DNA of 64,000 nt from Candidatus Marinacidobacterales bacterium (GTDB lineage: Bacteria > Acidobacteriota > Vicinamibacteria > Marinacidobacterales > SMYC01), in assembly GCA_965237955.1 (NCBI GenBank), contig OZ250169.1, forward strand, positions 3,904,001 to 3,968,000, written 5' to 3'. Below are positions 21,693 to 31,888 of this stretch, piece by piece; the first letter of the stretch is position 1; the number at the start of each line of letters is the position of its first letter. The position numbers were made by a program, and so were the translations under genes. The notes below the pieces were generated by a model. It searched no databases, had not been told where the DNA came from, and saw nothing but the letters and a program-made list of their open reading frames with translations.

Positions 21693-21846
21693 GGAGTCCT
21701 CCTGGGCTGAGTGATGCCGGGGGCACGCCAGTGGGAAGGTCGCACGGGTGGACGCTAGCACCCCAGCGGGCCTTCGTCCATAAGCCGAGGATCTCACACC
21801 CGCCCCCTGCCTTTCTCGTGCTAAGTTCCCGAGGAGCGTGAGTGAC

Positions 21847-23187
21847 ATGAAGAGATCCCGCCGCCAATTCCTGGAAGGCTCCGCGCGCGCGGCGGCCGGG
21901 CTGGCCCTGATCGCACCCAGGGCGGCCCTCGCGGCTCGGCCCGTCGCCCCGAGCGACAAGATCCGCTTCGGCGTGATCGGAGTCCGGGGCATGGGGTGGT
22001 CCAACATGCGGTCGGCCCTGAAGATCGACGAGGTGGAGTGCGCCGCGATCTGCGACGTCGATCAGCGGGAGTTGGATCGACGCAAGGAGGAGAGGGTCGA
22101 GGCCGGAGGCGCGGCGCCCCGGCTCTACGGGGACTACCGGAAGCTCCTCGACGACAAAGACCTCGACGCGGTCATCATCGGCACCCCCGACCACTGGCAC
22201 TGCCGGATCCTCCTGGATGCCCTCGACGCCGGGAAGCACGTCTACGTGGAGAAGCCCCTCGCCAACTCCATCGAAGAGGCCAACGTCATGCTGGCGGCGG
22301 CGCGGCAGTCCGACCGGATGGTGCAGGTCGGCCAGTGGCAGCGCAGTGGTCCCCATTACGAGGAGGCCCTGGAGGTGGTGCGCTCCGGCGACCTGGGGAA
22401 CATCCGTCTGGTGAAGGTCTGGGCCTATCAGGGCTGGATGAAGCCGGTGCCGGTGGAGCCCGACGCGGAGGCGCCCGAGGGAGTGGACTACGCCATGTGG
22501 CTCGGCCCGGCTCGAACTCGACCCTTCAATCCCAACCGCTTCCACTTCAACTTTCGGTGGTTCTGGGACTACGCCGGAGGCCTCATGACCGACTGGGGCG
22601 TCCACGAGATCGACATCGCGCTGTACGCCATGGGAGCCCGAGCCCCGAAGTCCGTCATGGCCTCCGGCGGAAAGCTGGCCTACCCGGACGACGCCTCCGA
22701 GACCCCCGACACGCTGCAGGCGGTCTTCGAGTACGACGACTTCAACATGCTCTGGGAGCACGCCACGGGCATCGACGGAGGCAACTACGGCCGGACCGAG
22801 GGAATCGCCTTCATCGGGAACAACGGCACGCTGGTCGTCAACCGAGGCGGATGGGAGCTGCTCCCGGAGGCAGAGGAGGTCGACGAGCGGCGGCGGTACA
22901 AGATGGAGGCACTTCCCCAGGTCCGACGAGGTCGCAACGAAGATGCGCTGGGCAACCATACCCGCAACTTCGTGGAGGCCATCCAGAACAACGACGCCAC
23001 GGTCCTGAAGTGCGGCATCGAGAGCGGGAGCGTCGCGGCGGTCAACGCCCACATGGGGAACATCGCCTTCAAGGTCGGCCGAAAGATCTACTGGGACGCG
23101 GACGCCGGGAACTTCGGGACAGACAAGGAGGCCAATGCCCTCCTGCGGCCGGAGTATCACAACGGCTGGGTGCTGCCAAGGGCCTGA
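21847..23187 (+). CDS. Gfo/Idh/MocA oxidoreductase, Tat signal
   Basis: SRRQFL, IGTPDHWH, YVEKPL, DWGVHEID. Confidence 0.93.
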   Translation: MKRSRRQFLEGSARAAAGLALIAPRAALAARPVAPSDKIRFGVIGVRGMGWSNMRSALKIDEVECAAICDVDQRELDRRKEERVEAGGAAPRLYGDYRKLLDDKDLDAVIIGTPDHWHCRILLDALDAGKHVYVEKPLANSIEEANVMLAAARQSDRMVQVGQWQRSGPHYEEALEVVRSGDLGNIRLVKVWAYQGWMKPVPVEPDAEAPEGVDYAMWLGPARTRPFNPNRFHFNFRWFWDYAGGLMTDWGVHEIDIALYAMGARAPKSVMASGGKLAYPDDASETPDTLQAVFEYDDFNMLWEHATGIDGGNYGRTEGIAFIGNNGTLVVNRGGWELLPEAEEVDERRRYKMEALPQVRRGRNEDALGNHTRNFVEAIQNNDATVLKCGIESGSVAAVNAHMGNIAFKVGRKIYWDADAGNFGTDKEANALLRPEYHNGWVLPRA

Positions 23188-23492
23188 GACAACCTGGCTC
23201 GGCGACACGCTACCCTCCAAAACGGGACCGTACCGCGTCCGGAGGATCGGACTCGACGGTTCCGTGCTTGAGCAAGTGCCCCGCGCACAGTTCCTAGTCC
23301 CCTGGATCTTTGATTACTATACAAAGTTAGGCTTTTCGCCAGCCCATAATATTCATAAGATTCATGCACTTAGAAGGGTTTCGGCAAGCTCTGCTTTATC
23401 TAGTTTGTTCTGATACAGGGGACTAGGCTAACGCGACTCCGCCGTTTGTAAAACGATCTTCTTTCTGGTGTGATTGAAGCTGGAGGCGTCGC

Positions 23493-23780
23493 TTGCTTGG
23501 TAGAGTCGGTTCGTCCACCGCCGCCATCCTTTTGGTCGCCTTCTCGCTTTTCGGTCAGACTTTCCAGGCCAAGGTCGTCGGGATCTCCGATGGCGACACG
23601 ATCACGGTCTATGACGGGACCAGGCAGACTCGAATCCGCCTCGAAGGGATCGACTGCCCGGAGAGCGGCGCGGACTTCTCCAATAAAGCAATAAAGCAAA
23701 GCAGCTCACCTCCGATCTCGTCCTCGGCAAGCGGGTGCGCGTCGAGGGCAAGGAGCGGGATCAGTACGGGCGTCTCGCTC
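23493..23780 (+). pseudogene. Thermonuclease (SNase-like) pseudogene
   Basis: KVVGISDGDTI, IRLEGIDCPE, then DQYGRL in shifted frame after an 8-bp duplication; truncated. Confidence 0.82.
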
Positions 23781-23904
23781 CAGAATGGATCGCCGGGCCC
23801 GGTACGACCAGTGGTCGTGCTCGAGGCGTGACATCGCCTCGCGAAACTGCTCCTGCATCTCTCCTTCTCGGTCGGGGAAATTCCCAAACCGTCAACTATA
23901 GCGC

Positions 23905-25194
23905 TCAGCCTCCGAGCTCGAGCGCGTCCGCTCCGAGAAGGGTGTGGAGGAGCACGTTCGCGCCCGCCTCAATGTCCCTGGGACGCGAGAACTCCTTAGG
24001 AGAGTGGCTGATGCCGTCTATGCTGGGGATGAAGATCATCCCCACCGGTGCCAGGAGCGCGATGGTCTGAGCGTCGTGGCCGGCGCCGCTCGGCATCCAG
24101 AGCGTCGAAAGCGCGAGCCCCGCCGCCGATTCGGCGACGAGCTTTCTCAGGCGATCGTCCGTGGGTGCGGCGCGGCTGACGTCGTATAGCTCGAGCTCGA
24201 TCCGCGTGTCGTTCTTTGTCGCCAGCGCCCTTCCCTCCTTTTCGATCTCCCGAAAGATGCGGTCGATCTTGGCCATCTCGAGATCCCGGATCTCGAGAGA
24301 GAGCATCGCCCGCCCGGGGATGACGTTCGCCGCGCCGGGATGGGCCTCGAGCTTTCCCACCGTACCCACTTGCCGCCCGGGCATCGAGGTGACGACCCGG
24401 TTCACCAGGTCGATGAACCTGCCAGCCGTGAGCATGGCGTCACGACGCTGGTCCATGGGGGTGGTTCCCGCGTGATTGGCGAAGCCGGTGACGGTGACGC
24501 TCCAGCGTTTGACACCGACGATGCCTTCGACGACACCGATGTCGATGTGTTGCTGATGCAGCAGGGCCCCTTGCTCGATGTGGAGCTCGAGATAGCAGGC
24601 GATGTCCCCGGGACGCCGCCGCACGGCGTCGAGCTTCGCGGGATCGCCGCCGATGAAGGCGATACCTTCGCCGATGCTCTTGCCGCTGTGCGTGGGGAGA
24701 GCGAGCTCGTCCTCCGTCACCTCAACCGCCAGCGCGCGACTTCCCGTCGCCCCCCTTTCCTCGTTCTGAAAGATGACGACTTCCAGGGGATGTCGCGTCC
24801 GGAGAGAAGCGTCCGCGAGCGTCTGGGCCACTTCGATGGCGCCCATCGAGCCCACTTGTCCGTCGTAGTTTCCGCCATGCGGAACGGAGTCGATGTGCGA
24901 GCCGAACATCAGGGGCGGCACGTTCGGGTCCGTGCCCCGCCGGCGTCCGAGGATATTGCCCGCGAGGTCAATCTGAACATCGAGTCCCGCCTCGCGCATG
25001 AGCCCCATGGCATAGTCTCGACCCTCGCGATCGGCATCGCTATAGGCCACGCGGCTGATACCACCTTCGGGCGTGCGTCCGAACTGTGCCAGCTCATCGA
25101 GTCGGCGGTTCAACCGCGCGCCGTCTACCCGAAGTGTTGCGCGTTGGTAGAGGCCTAGAGCCCCGAGGCTCATTAGAAACTCACGACGGTTCAT
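23905..25194 (-). CDS. M20 Zn-dependent amidohydrolase (N-carbamoyl-L-amino acid/allantoate type)
   Basis: GSHIDSVPHGGNYDG, ELHIEQG, ANHAGTTPM, SGAGHDA. Confidence 0.93.
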   Translation of the reverse strand: MNRREFLMSLGALGLYQRATLRVDGARLNRRLDELAQFGRTPEGGISRVAYSDADREGRDYAMGLMREAGLDVQIDLAGNILGRRRGTDPNVPPLMFGSHIDSVPHGGNYDGQVGSMGAIEVAQTLADASLRTRHPLEVVIFQNEERGATGSRALAVEVTEDELALPTHSGKSIGEGIAFIGGDPAKLDAVRRRPGDIACYLELHIEQGALLHQQHIDIGVVEGIVGVKRWSVTVTGFANHAGTTPMDQRRDAMLTAGRFIDLVNRVVTSMPGRQVGTVGKLEAHPGAANVIPGRAMLSLEIRDLEMAKIDRIFREIEKEGRALATKNDTRIELELYDVSRAAPTDDRLRKLVAESAAGLALSTLWMPSGAGHDAQTIALLAPVGMIFIPSIDGISHSPKEFSRPRDIEAGANVLLHTLLGADALELGG

Positions 25195-25294
25195 CGTCCG
25201 CTGAGTCTACCGTGTTTGTGCGTTACGTGCACGCCGGAAAAAATGGGGCACGGAAACTGACAGCCGGACCAAGAAAAAAGGCGGGGCGCCACTT

Positions 25295-27222
25295 AGGGCC
25301 GGCGACAAAATAAGTTCCCGTTTTCAAGACGGTCGGATGGTGTAGTTCCATTTGGGTAGAGTCTGGTCCTTTGTAACGGAAAGCGCCTGCATCCGCTCGT
25401 CAGTGATTTTGACGCCCTTCGGATAACGACGCCGGATAAGGTGTGCGCGTACTCGCAAACCGGAAGAGGTGGTGGTCGTGCGGATGTATTTGAGGATGGT
25501 TTCGTAGCTGTCGAGAGGCCTGCCCGCCCAGTTCTTGCTGATCTCGCTGAACAGACGGTGCTCCACTGGATTCCACTTGGATGTACCGGACGGATAGTGG
25601 GCTATGGTGATAGCGATGTCGTGGCGATTGCAAATCCGCGTTTGAAGCCCGTGCTTCCAACCCCGACACCGATAGCCATTGCTGCCCCCGGCGTCTGCCA
25701 ATATCGCGAGGTCACGGGCTGCAGGATAGCGTCGCCGTCCTTCCGTTCGCCACCACTTCTCGATGGCATTCACGGCGAAGTCCGGGGTGTTGTACGAGGT
25801 ACCAATGAACACTGTCCCGCGGTTCGCGAGCAGATCGTAGACGCCGTAGGGGATTGCGATGCCGTTCGATTCGGAACGGAAGTCATGGTCTTTGACGAGA
25901 GTCGGCTCGCGGTTCCAGGCCTGCCCGCCGTTTTTGAATAATCCCACCAGCTCCCGTTTCTTCGTGTCTACGCTGATGATGGGATGACCAGCTGCGGCAA
26001 AACGCTCGCGCAGTTCGGCGATACACGCGAATTGGGTATCGCGATCTTCGGACGTGGCACCGCACAGCTTCTTGTGGTTCACCCGCAACGAGAAGCCGAG
26101 CTGTTTGAGCAGTCGACCGACGGTTTTGCTGCTGACGTTCACACTGAGGCTTCTTAGCTCGCAAGCAATCTTGTCGGTGGTCCGCCGCGTCCATTTCACT
26201 CCCGTCATCGGATCGCCCGCGGTGTCGTGCTTCATGAGTTCTTCGATCTTGGCGATGACTTCTGGCGTTTTTTTTGCACGGCGCGCCGTCCGCCACCCTT
26301 TCGCCGAACTCCGTCGAGCTCAACATCTCTCATTAGCAATTCCCTACGACCTCTGGCTACCGTGCTCGGATCCATCCCGAGCAGTTCGGCAATCTGTTGG
26401 TCGCCACCGTGACCGAGCTTCATGGCCTCGACCCCCGCGTAGAGACGGCGCTGCTTTTCATCGAGCAGGCTGTAGAAAAGAACGATCGCAGCCTTCAACT
26501 CCACGGGGAGCACGCGGACTCCCCCGACCCAGCCCAACGTGGAAGGTGACGCCTCATGTACCTGGCGGGCCGAGAGCTGTTGCTTGCGCGTGCTCACATC
26601 GGTGGCCAGATACAGATATCGGCCGAACACCTGCTCGCGCGCCAATCTTTTCTCTCGGACCAGTTTCAACAGAGGAGCCTTGACGTCAACCTGCACCTCG
26701 TCCTCGAGCTCGTCGACGTAGTAGCCTGCCTCACAGGCCGCGACCAACGCTTTTACCGTCGCAAGCAACGTCCCGTACTTCGAGAACCACACTGAGCGCA
26801 ACGACCAAAGACCTTTTCGATCGAACTGGGCGATCTCGTCCAACGTGTAGTAGCTACCACGGTGGGAGTAGCTTGTCCGATACGCCAACTCATTGAGCTT
26901 TCGGAAGACGGTCGAGTCCACATCGGTACCCAACACTGCCTTCAAATCATCGAGGGTAGCTATTTTGTGCTTCCTCAACAGGCGGTCGAGATCTTCAGAC
27001 TGATAGCTCGTAGGTCTCATAATAGGAGAAGTGCTCCTTGATAGGCGTAATCCTCCCTAAAATGAGGACCGTTTGTCAAACACGCGCTGGTTGCTGAAGA
27101 TCTACAAATGTTCCGTTTCTAGGGAGCTTGCCAGGCTCTCGTGATGCCAGACGACATCGCGATCACGATCTGAAACAGGAAGAGTGTGCTCAAAACTAGA
27201 CAGTTATTTTGTCGGCGGCCCT
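25295..27222 (-). mobile_element. ISAzo13-like insertion sequence
   Basis: 19-bp IRs AGGGCCG(G/C)CGACAAAATAA at both ends bracket the two transposase ORFs; exact terminal base and TSD unresolved. Confidence 0.82.
25324..27020 (-). CDS. ISAzo13-family transposase with N-terminal extension, two ORFs joined by -1 shift at A8 (26268-26275)
   Basis: LDEKQRRLYAG and RRKGGGR in ORF1; ISVDTKKRELVG, ADAGGSNG, SKWNPVEHRLFS in ORF2. Confidence 0.88.
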
Positions 27223-27299
27223 TTAGGGTGGGCCATTTTAGATGAGCGAAGTGGACCAAGCCGAGTGGACAAAAACAAACCCATACTGTTTTTCATGAA

Positions 27300-27340
27300 T
27301 GCCGGTGCCGATCATCCGCTGCAACGACGGATTAGCCAGC
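27300..27340 (-). other. Degenerate half attC site after the ABM cassette
   Basis: Minus strand GGCTAAT-CCGTCGT-TGCAGCGGATGATCGGC parallels the left arm of attC 29043-29138; right arm absent. Confidence 0.45.
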
Positions 27341-27424
27341 TCCTTGCACTGCCGGTCCCTTCAAAAGCTAGTCCGCTCGGGTAAACTCTGCCCTCAAATC
27401 GAACCTCTTTACGGAATTAGAGCT

Positions 27425-27724
27425 TCAGCGCACGACCGAGTAGGTCCGTATGTCGGGCGGCTCCGCCATGATCGGCTCCAGCTTGGGTAGAGCCTCCTTG
27501 ATATGGTCACTTGAGAGGTGGGCGTCAAAAGCAGAATCGCTTTGCCACTCTTCCACGAAAGTGAAGTCCGTCGGATCTTCTCTGTTCTGGAGAAGCTGGT
27601 AGGTGACGCAGCCGGACTCTTTACGGGTGGGCTCGACGAGCCCGCTAAGGAGTTCCCTTACCGCGCTCACGTTATCGGAGCTAGCTTTGATTCGGGCAAC
27701 AACTCTCAATGAATTCTCAGGCAT
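27425..27724 (-). CDS. ABM / putative quinol monooxygenase (gene cassette)
   Basis: PTRKESGCVTYQL, FTFVEEWQS, HLSSDH; RBS AAGGAGGAG; starts 40 bp after attC core GTTAGGC. Confidence 0.9.
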   Translation of the reverse strand: MPENSLRVVARIKASSDNVSAVRELLSGLVEPTRKESGCVTYQLLQNREDPTDFTFVEEWQSDSAFDAHLSSDHIKEALPKLEPIMAEPPDIRTYSVVR

Positions 27725-27764
27725 TACTCCTCCTTTCACAGACCAATATCACACCGGTCAAGCT

Positions 27765-27845
27765 GCCTAACGATACACGTCAGCTGCGGACGCCCGCAAT
27801 CGAGGAAGCATTGGCGGCGTCCGACGGCTGCACGTGATGTTGTAC
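27765..27845 (-). other. Integron attC site
   Basis: Minus strand GTACAAC...TGCAGCCGTCGGACGCC...GGCGTCCGCAGCTGA...GTTAGGC imperfect palindrome with extrahelical base. Confidence 0.8.
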
Positions 27846-28233
27846 AGCTCTATGTTCAATTTATGACCTACGCCGCGAAGAAACCGAACCTACGGTCTAC
27901 GGACACGTAATCCGTAGGTTGAAACCTAAGCCCCAAGCGACGCGAAACTCGATTCGCCGCTGATTGATCGCACGTCCGGTCGAAAGTAGAATACCCGGAC
28001 GTTTCAGGGTGTTATCGTGCTACGCAGCATCACCGCGCACTATAAGAACGCTCGCGGCCCGTCAGGGCCCACGCCAAGTCCAGCTTGGCAGTCGAGTTGC
28101 ACACCCGGTCCGTCTCGAAGACGACCTGCTTACATGGGCGAGTCGAGCAGCCGATCGCGATACATGGCTGATGATCCACGGAAGGATCCAGTTACTGTTC
28201 GGCGGCCTGCGAACAACCATGGAGGAGTAAATC

Positions 28234-28755
28234 ATGTGTACCGCCGCGATCGCTTATTGCCTGTGCATCGGCTTCGCCTCGCCGGATGCTCGACATTGTC
28301 AGCAGGAAGCCCAAATCCTTACCCCTGGGACGCGCGTTCGCGTTGCCGCCCCGGCGCAACTGACGAAGCCGCTAGTTGGAACGCTCACCGCCGCCGCCGC
28401 CACGTCTTTGACTGTTGAAACGTCAAAGCAGACGGTTGTGGTCCGACGTGATGCGATTGAAATATTGTGGCGTAGCGAGCGACGCAGTTCAAAGAAGCGT
28501 GGTGCCGTGATCGGGGCGTTAGTGGGGGTTGGCGTCGCTGCCATCGTGGCTGCGACTGACTCGAGCAACGATTTCATTTTCACGAAGGGGGAATTGTTTC
28601 TCGCGACAAGTGTCTTGTTCGCTCCGATAGGTGCTGGCGTGGGTGCGGCGGTGGCGCCCGGCGAGCGATGGGCCACAGTGCCGACCTCGCCCGTGGCAGC
28701 GGCACATTGGGCGAGGGAGCGAGGTCTACAATTGAACGTTAGCATTCGGTTTTGA
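28234..28755 (+). CDS. Hypothetical exported/membrane protein with glycine-zipper helices (inverted cassette gene)
   Basis: RBS GGAGGAG; GAVIGALVGVGV and GAGVGAAV segments. Confidence 0.7.
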   Translation: MCTAAIAYCLCIGFASPDARHCQQEAQILTPGTRVRVAAPAQLTKPLVGTLTAAAATSLTVETSKQTVVVRRDAIEILWRSERRSSKKRGAVIGALVGVGVAAIVAATDSSNDFIFTKGELFLATSVLFAPIGAGVGAAVAPGERWATVPTSPVAAAHWARERGLQLNVSIRF

Positions 28756-28866
28756 GAGCCGCTCGAATCGTTTTCTTTGAGTAGCGGAAGATCCTTACGC
28801 GTCCCGTCCCTCGTCGCCGACGACACCACCAACCGAGAACGGAGCTAAACAAGCTAGACTTCGGCC

Positions 28867-28997
28867 GTTGAACTCCCTTTGCAGCGGACGTGGCCTGTCT
28901 CTTCGAGAAGGGCAGTGACGTCATGAACATCTCATACTTCGGGAACAATGTGCCCGCGCCAGACGGCTGGCCACGACGCTGAAACGACCTGTTAATC
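28867..28997 (+). other. attC-like site in opposite orientation to the array
   Basis: GTTGAAC-TCCCTT-TGCAGCGGACGTGGCC...GGCCACGACGCTGA-AACGACCT-GTTAATC. Confidence 0.62.
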
Positions 28998-29042
28998 GGT
29001 AGGGTGAGCCATTCCTACACACGGCGGGCGGGGCATTGGCCT

Positions 29043-29138
29043 GTACAACGTGCGGGCTCAGCGGCGAGCGGCGCTCGACGTGAGTCTCGGCATTCGAAAA
29101 AGCATATCGCCGATCGTCCGTTGCAGCGCGAGTTAGCT
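29043..29138 (-). other. Integron attC site
   Basis: Minus strand AGCTAAC-TCGCGC-TGCAACGGACG...GCCGCTGAGCCCGCAC-GTTGTAC, 16 bp after the cassette stop codon. Confidence 0.82.
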
Positions 29139-29154
29139 GTCCATTTGCGACGAC

Positions 29155-29543
29155 CTAGTGAATGATTTCGGCTGTCCAGCGGTCACGTCCAGCCCAAAAC
29201 GGACATTCGGGGCAATGTTGCCTCTCAGGGTAGTCGACTCCCTCTTCGTGTGGACAACCGATGATCCTGTCCGCCATGACCACTGATTTCACTCCATTAC
29301 TTTCGATGAAGTCGATGACCTCAAGGCCAACGTCGCGATCTAACTTGATGTCTATGCCTTCGGACCGCCAACGCTTCATTACATCCGGTTCAGCATCTTC
29401 AGCCCGACAATCCCAACCGCAATCTTGGTTGCCAATTTGTCGTCCGGACCATATAACGCAACCGTTGCTACGGGATATCCGCGAAAGCCCCTTCTAGCCT
29501 TTTTGCGTAACAAGGAAGACGGTTGTTTCTTTTTGCTTTTCAT
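29155..29543 (-). CDS. Hypothetical cassette protein with C-terminal Cys motif (frameshift ~29403)
   Basis: RGFRGYPVATVALYGPDD, continuing in another frame to IIGCPHEEGVDYP...CPECPFW; lies between two attC sites. Confidence 0.75.
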
Positions 29544-29566
29544 GAATGTCGATCTCACCCCAGTAC

Positions 29567-29651
29567 AGCTAACGACCCACGTCAGCTGCGGACGCCGACT
29601 CTTGAGCGGGTAGCATGTATCGGCGTCCGACAGCTGCACGTGATGTTGTAC
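29567..29651 (-). other. Integron attC site
   Basis: Arms nearly identical to 27765-27845 (CACGTCAGCTGCGGACGCC...GGCGTCCGAC.GCTGCACGTGATGTTGTAC) with a different loop. Confidence 0.8.
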
Positions 29652-29712
29652 TGCCCTACTTCCAGAAGAATTCGAAGCTACGACCTAGGGATGGCCAATC
29701 CGTAGGTTGAAG

Positions 29713-31277
29713 TGTATTGGTTCAGCGTGAAGATGACAGCGAGGTTGGACGTTAACGCAACGCCCGGCGGCAGGATGTCCCCTATCGCCCCCAGGGATCG
29801 TACCAGAGTGCTCGGGGGCGTCAAGGGTAAAGCGCGCTGCGCGCGCCGGCTTCGCCGCCCTTGACGCCCCCTGCGCTCTCTGGTACTCAATGCTTGTGGG
29901 CGAGAGGGAACGGAGTGGGGCTCCTGGGATCAGAGTGTTCATGCGGGCACCTTGTTCGCACGGCGCTCACGCCGCAGCTTCCGAGCCTGCTCGAGTTTGC
30001 GGTCTCGCTCCGACCAGATCTGGGTGGCCTTGCCATCCATGAAGTCCAGCGGCGCAATGTAGCCGATCGCGCTGTGCAGGCGAACCCCGTTGTAATATTC
30101 GACGAATCGTTCCATCAAGCGGCGAGCCTCTTCGAGGCTCGTGGGGCTGGCAGGACGCAGGGCGTCCGATTTTATCGTCTTGTGCCAACGCTCGATCTTC
30201 CCGTTCGATTGCGGGTAGTACGGCGCGGTCCTCACGTGCGTCATCCCTGAGATGCGGATGAATGCCTTGAAGTCCTTCGCGATGTACTGCGGACCGTTGT
30301 CCGAGATGATTCGAGGCCGCGCATCGGGGTACCGCTCCTTTGCTCGCTCCAAGATGCACTCCACATCCGCTTCCGTCATCGACTCACGAATCTCCCAGTG
30401 AACCACCGCGCGGCTCGCACCATCCAGAAACGAGCAGAGGTAGTAGAACGTCCCACCCAGGTTCAAGTACGAGATATCCGTGTGCCAGTGCTGGTGCGCT
30501 CGCAGCGGCTGAACGAAGCCCGTTCCCTTCTTCGACGGCTTCGGGTTCCAACGGTCCAGACGACCCGCCTTCGACAACACCCGGTACGTCGTCGAGGGGC
30601 TAACTGCCACCACGTCTTCGTCCAGCATCATGAACGTGAGTCGGCGATACCCGTCCAGTGGGTGGCAGTCGAAGTAGTCGATCACGGACTGGCGCTCCCA
30701 TTCTTCGATCCAGTGATCCCGCAGCACCAGGCCGTTGTGCTCATTCACCTTCCCGTACCGCTTGCGCCAGTCGTAGAACTTGCCCCGAGCGATCCCGCAC
30801 CACTGAACGATCTGCTGGACCGGAAGCTGGGTCTTGGTGGCGATTGTGTTCACGAAGTCGACAACCTCGTCACGACGGTCATGGGGAATCCAGGCACCAC
30901 TCAGGCTTCCCCAAGTTTTTTTTGAGTGTCACGTACTCTTCGGTCACCTCAGCGATGATCTGATCCTTACGGGCCACCTTCGCCTCGAGACGGGAGAGCT
31001 TCTCCTCTAGCTCCTTCTCACGGCTCGGCGCACGACGGAACGAAAACACCGTATGGGCTCCAGCCAATAGCTCCCTTTGCCATGTGTAGAACAGGCTCGG
31101 CTGGATTTCTGCCTCGTTGCATACCTCCGAGACCGGCTTTTTCTCGGCAACGTGCTGGCGCAACAGCTCTGCCTTTTGCTCCGCAGTGTGACGACGACGA
31201 CCTTTGCTCATGACAGCTCCTTTTTCCATGTGCGTATTTTAACTTCAGGACTGTCATGTTCCAGCTGAACCGAAACA
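29713..31277 (-). mobile_element. IS3-family insertion sequence
   Basis: TG...CA imperfect IRs; 4-bp TSD GAAG at 29709-29712 and 31278-31281. Confidence 0.92.
29939..31229 (-). CDS. IS3 transposase OrfA (30879-31229) / OrfB with -1 frameshift at A8 (30916-30923)
   Basis: OrfA HTH; OrfB WHTDISY, ISDNGPQY, PQSNGKIERW, RLHSAIGY. Confidence 0.92.
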
Positions 31278-31343
31278 GAAGCGATGCCCGTGCGGACCTT
31301 GGCTGCAGTTTTTACCTACGCCATAGGTCGTCAACAGGAGACT

Positions 31344-31706
31344 ATGATGCACGAGAAAACGAGAAAGGCGCTTCTAGCTGAGGCGCTGAGCCGGCGCGAA
31401 TGCGGCGAGCTTCTCGGCCTACACCCCGACTCTGTCACCCGGGCGCTGGGCGATGGCCTCGCGTCCGCCGTCGTGCGGTGGGGCGGTCGCGGCAAAACGA
31501 TGGCGTTCTCGCGCTTGATGGTGCTTCGTTGGCAGCGCGCCCGGCTCTGCACACGGAACGGCGGGAGGCCGTGTCGCGAGTGCAACCTCGTCCTCGACCG
31601 CGCCGCGGCCGTCGCGAGTCACTTGCTCGAGAAACGTCACGGCGTCCTGGATTCCTGCAGCGACGATTGCGGGTATCCCGGAGGTATTTGTCAACCATGC
31701 GCTTGA
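31344..31706 (+). CDS. Hypothetical HTH protein (Nu1/excisionase-like) with Cys-rich C-terminus
   Basis: RBS CAGGAG; LSRRECGELLGLHPDSVT HTH, GGRGKTMAFS..VLRW wing; CxxC motifs. Confidence 0.55.
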   Translation: MMHEKTRKALLAEALSRRECGELLGLHPDSVTRALGDGLASAVVRWGGRGKTMAFSRLMVLRWQRARLCTRNGGRPCRECNLVLDRAAAVASHLLEKRHGVLDSCSDDCGYPGGICQPCA

Positions 31707-31888
31707 TAGCTTGGCTTCGCTCGCTCCTTCGTCGCCTCGCGACTTCGCCCCAACCCGCCGTCGAAGTGGCGGCAAGTGCGGACGCAGTTCTCCGGAGGTT
31801 ACTACTCGAAGGAGCTTACCCGCGAGAACCTCGTAGAGCGCACTGGACGAGCTCGCGGCGGCAAGCGGTGGCTCGAACGCGGTTCTAA
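31697..31888 (+). CDS. Small hypothetical protein
   Basis: MRLIAWLRSLLRRL..., overlaps the previous gene's end. Confidence 0.35.
   Translation: MRLIAWLRSLLRRLATSPQPAVEVAASADAVLRRLLLEGAYPREPRRAHWTSSRRQAVARTRF

Noticed and set aside
14480-23220. Long antisense ORFs (e.g. 14480-16132, 21532-23220; also 51651-53072)
   Set aside because: Shadow frames of real high-GC genes on the opposite strand.
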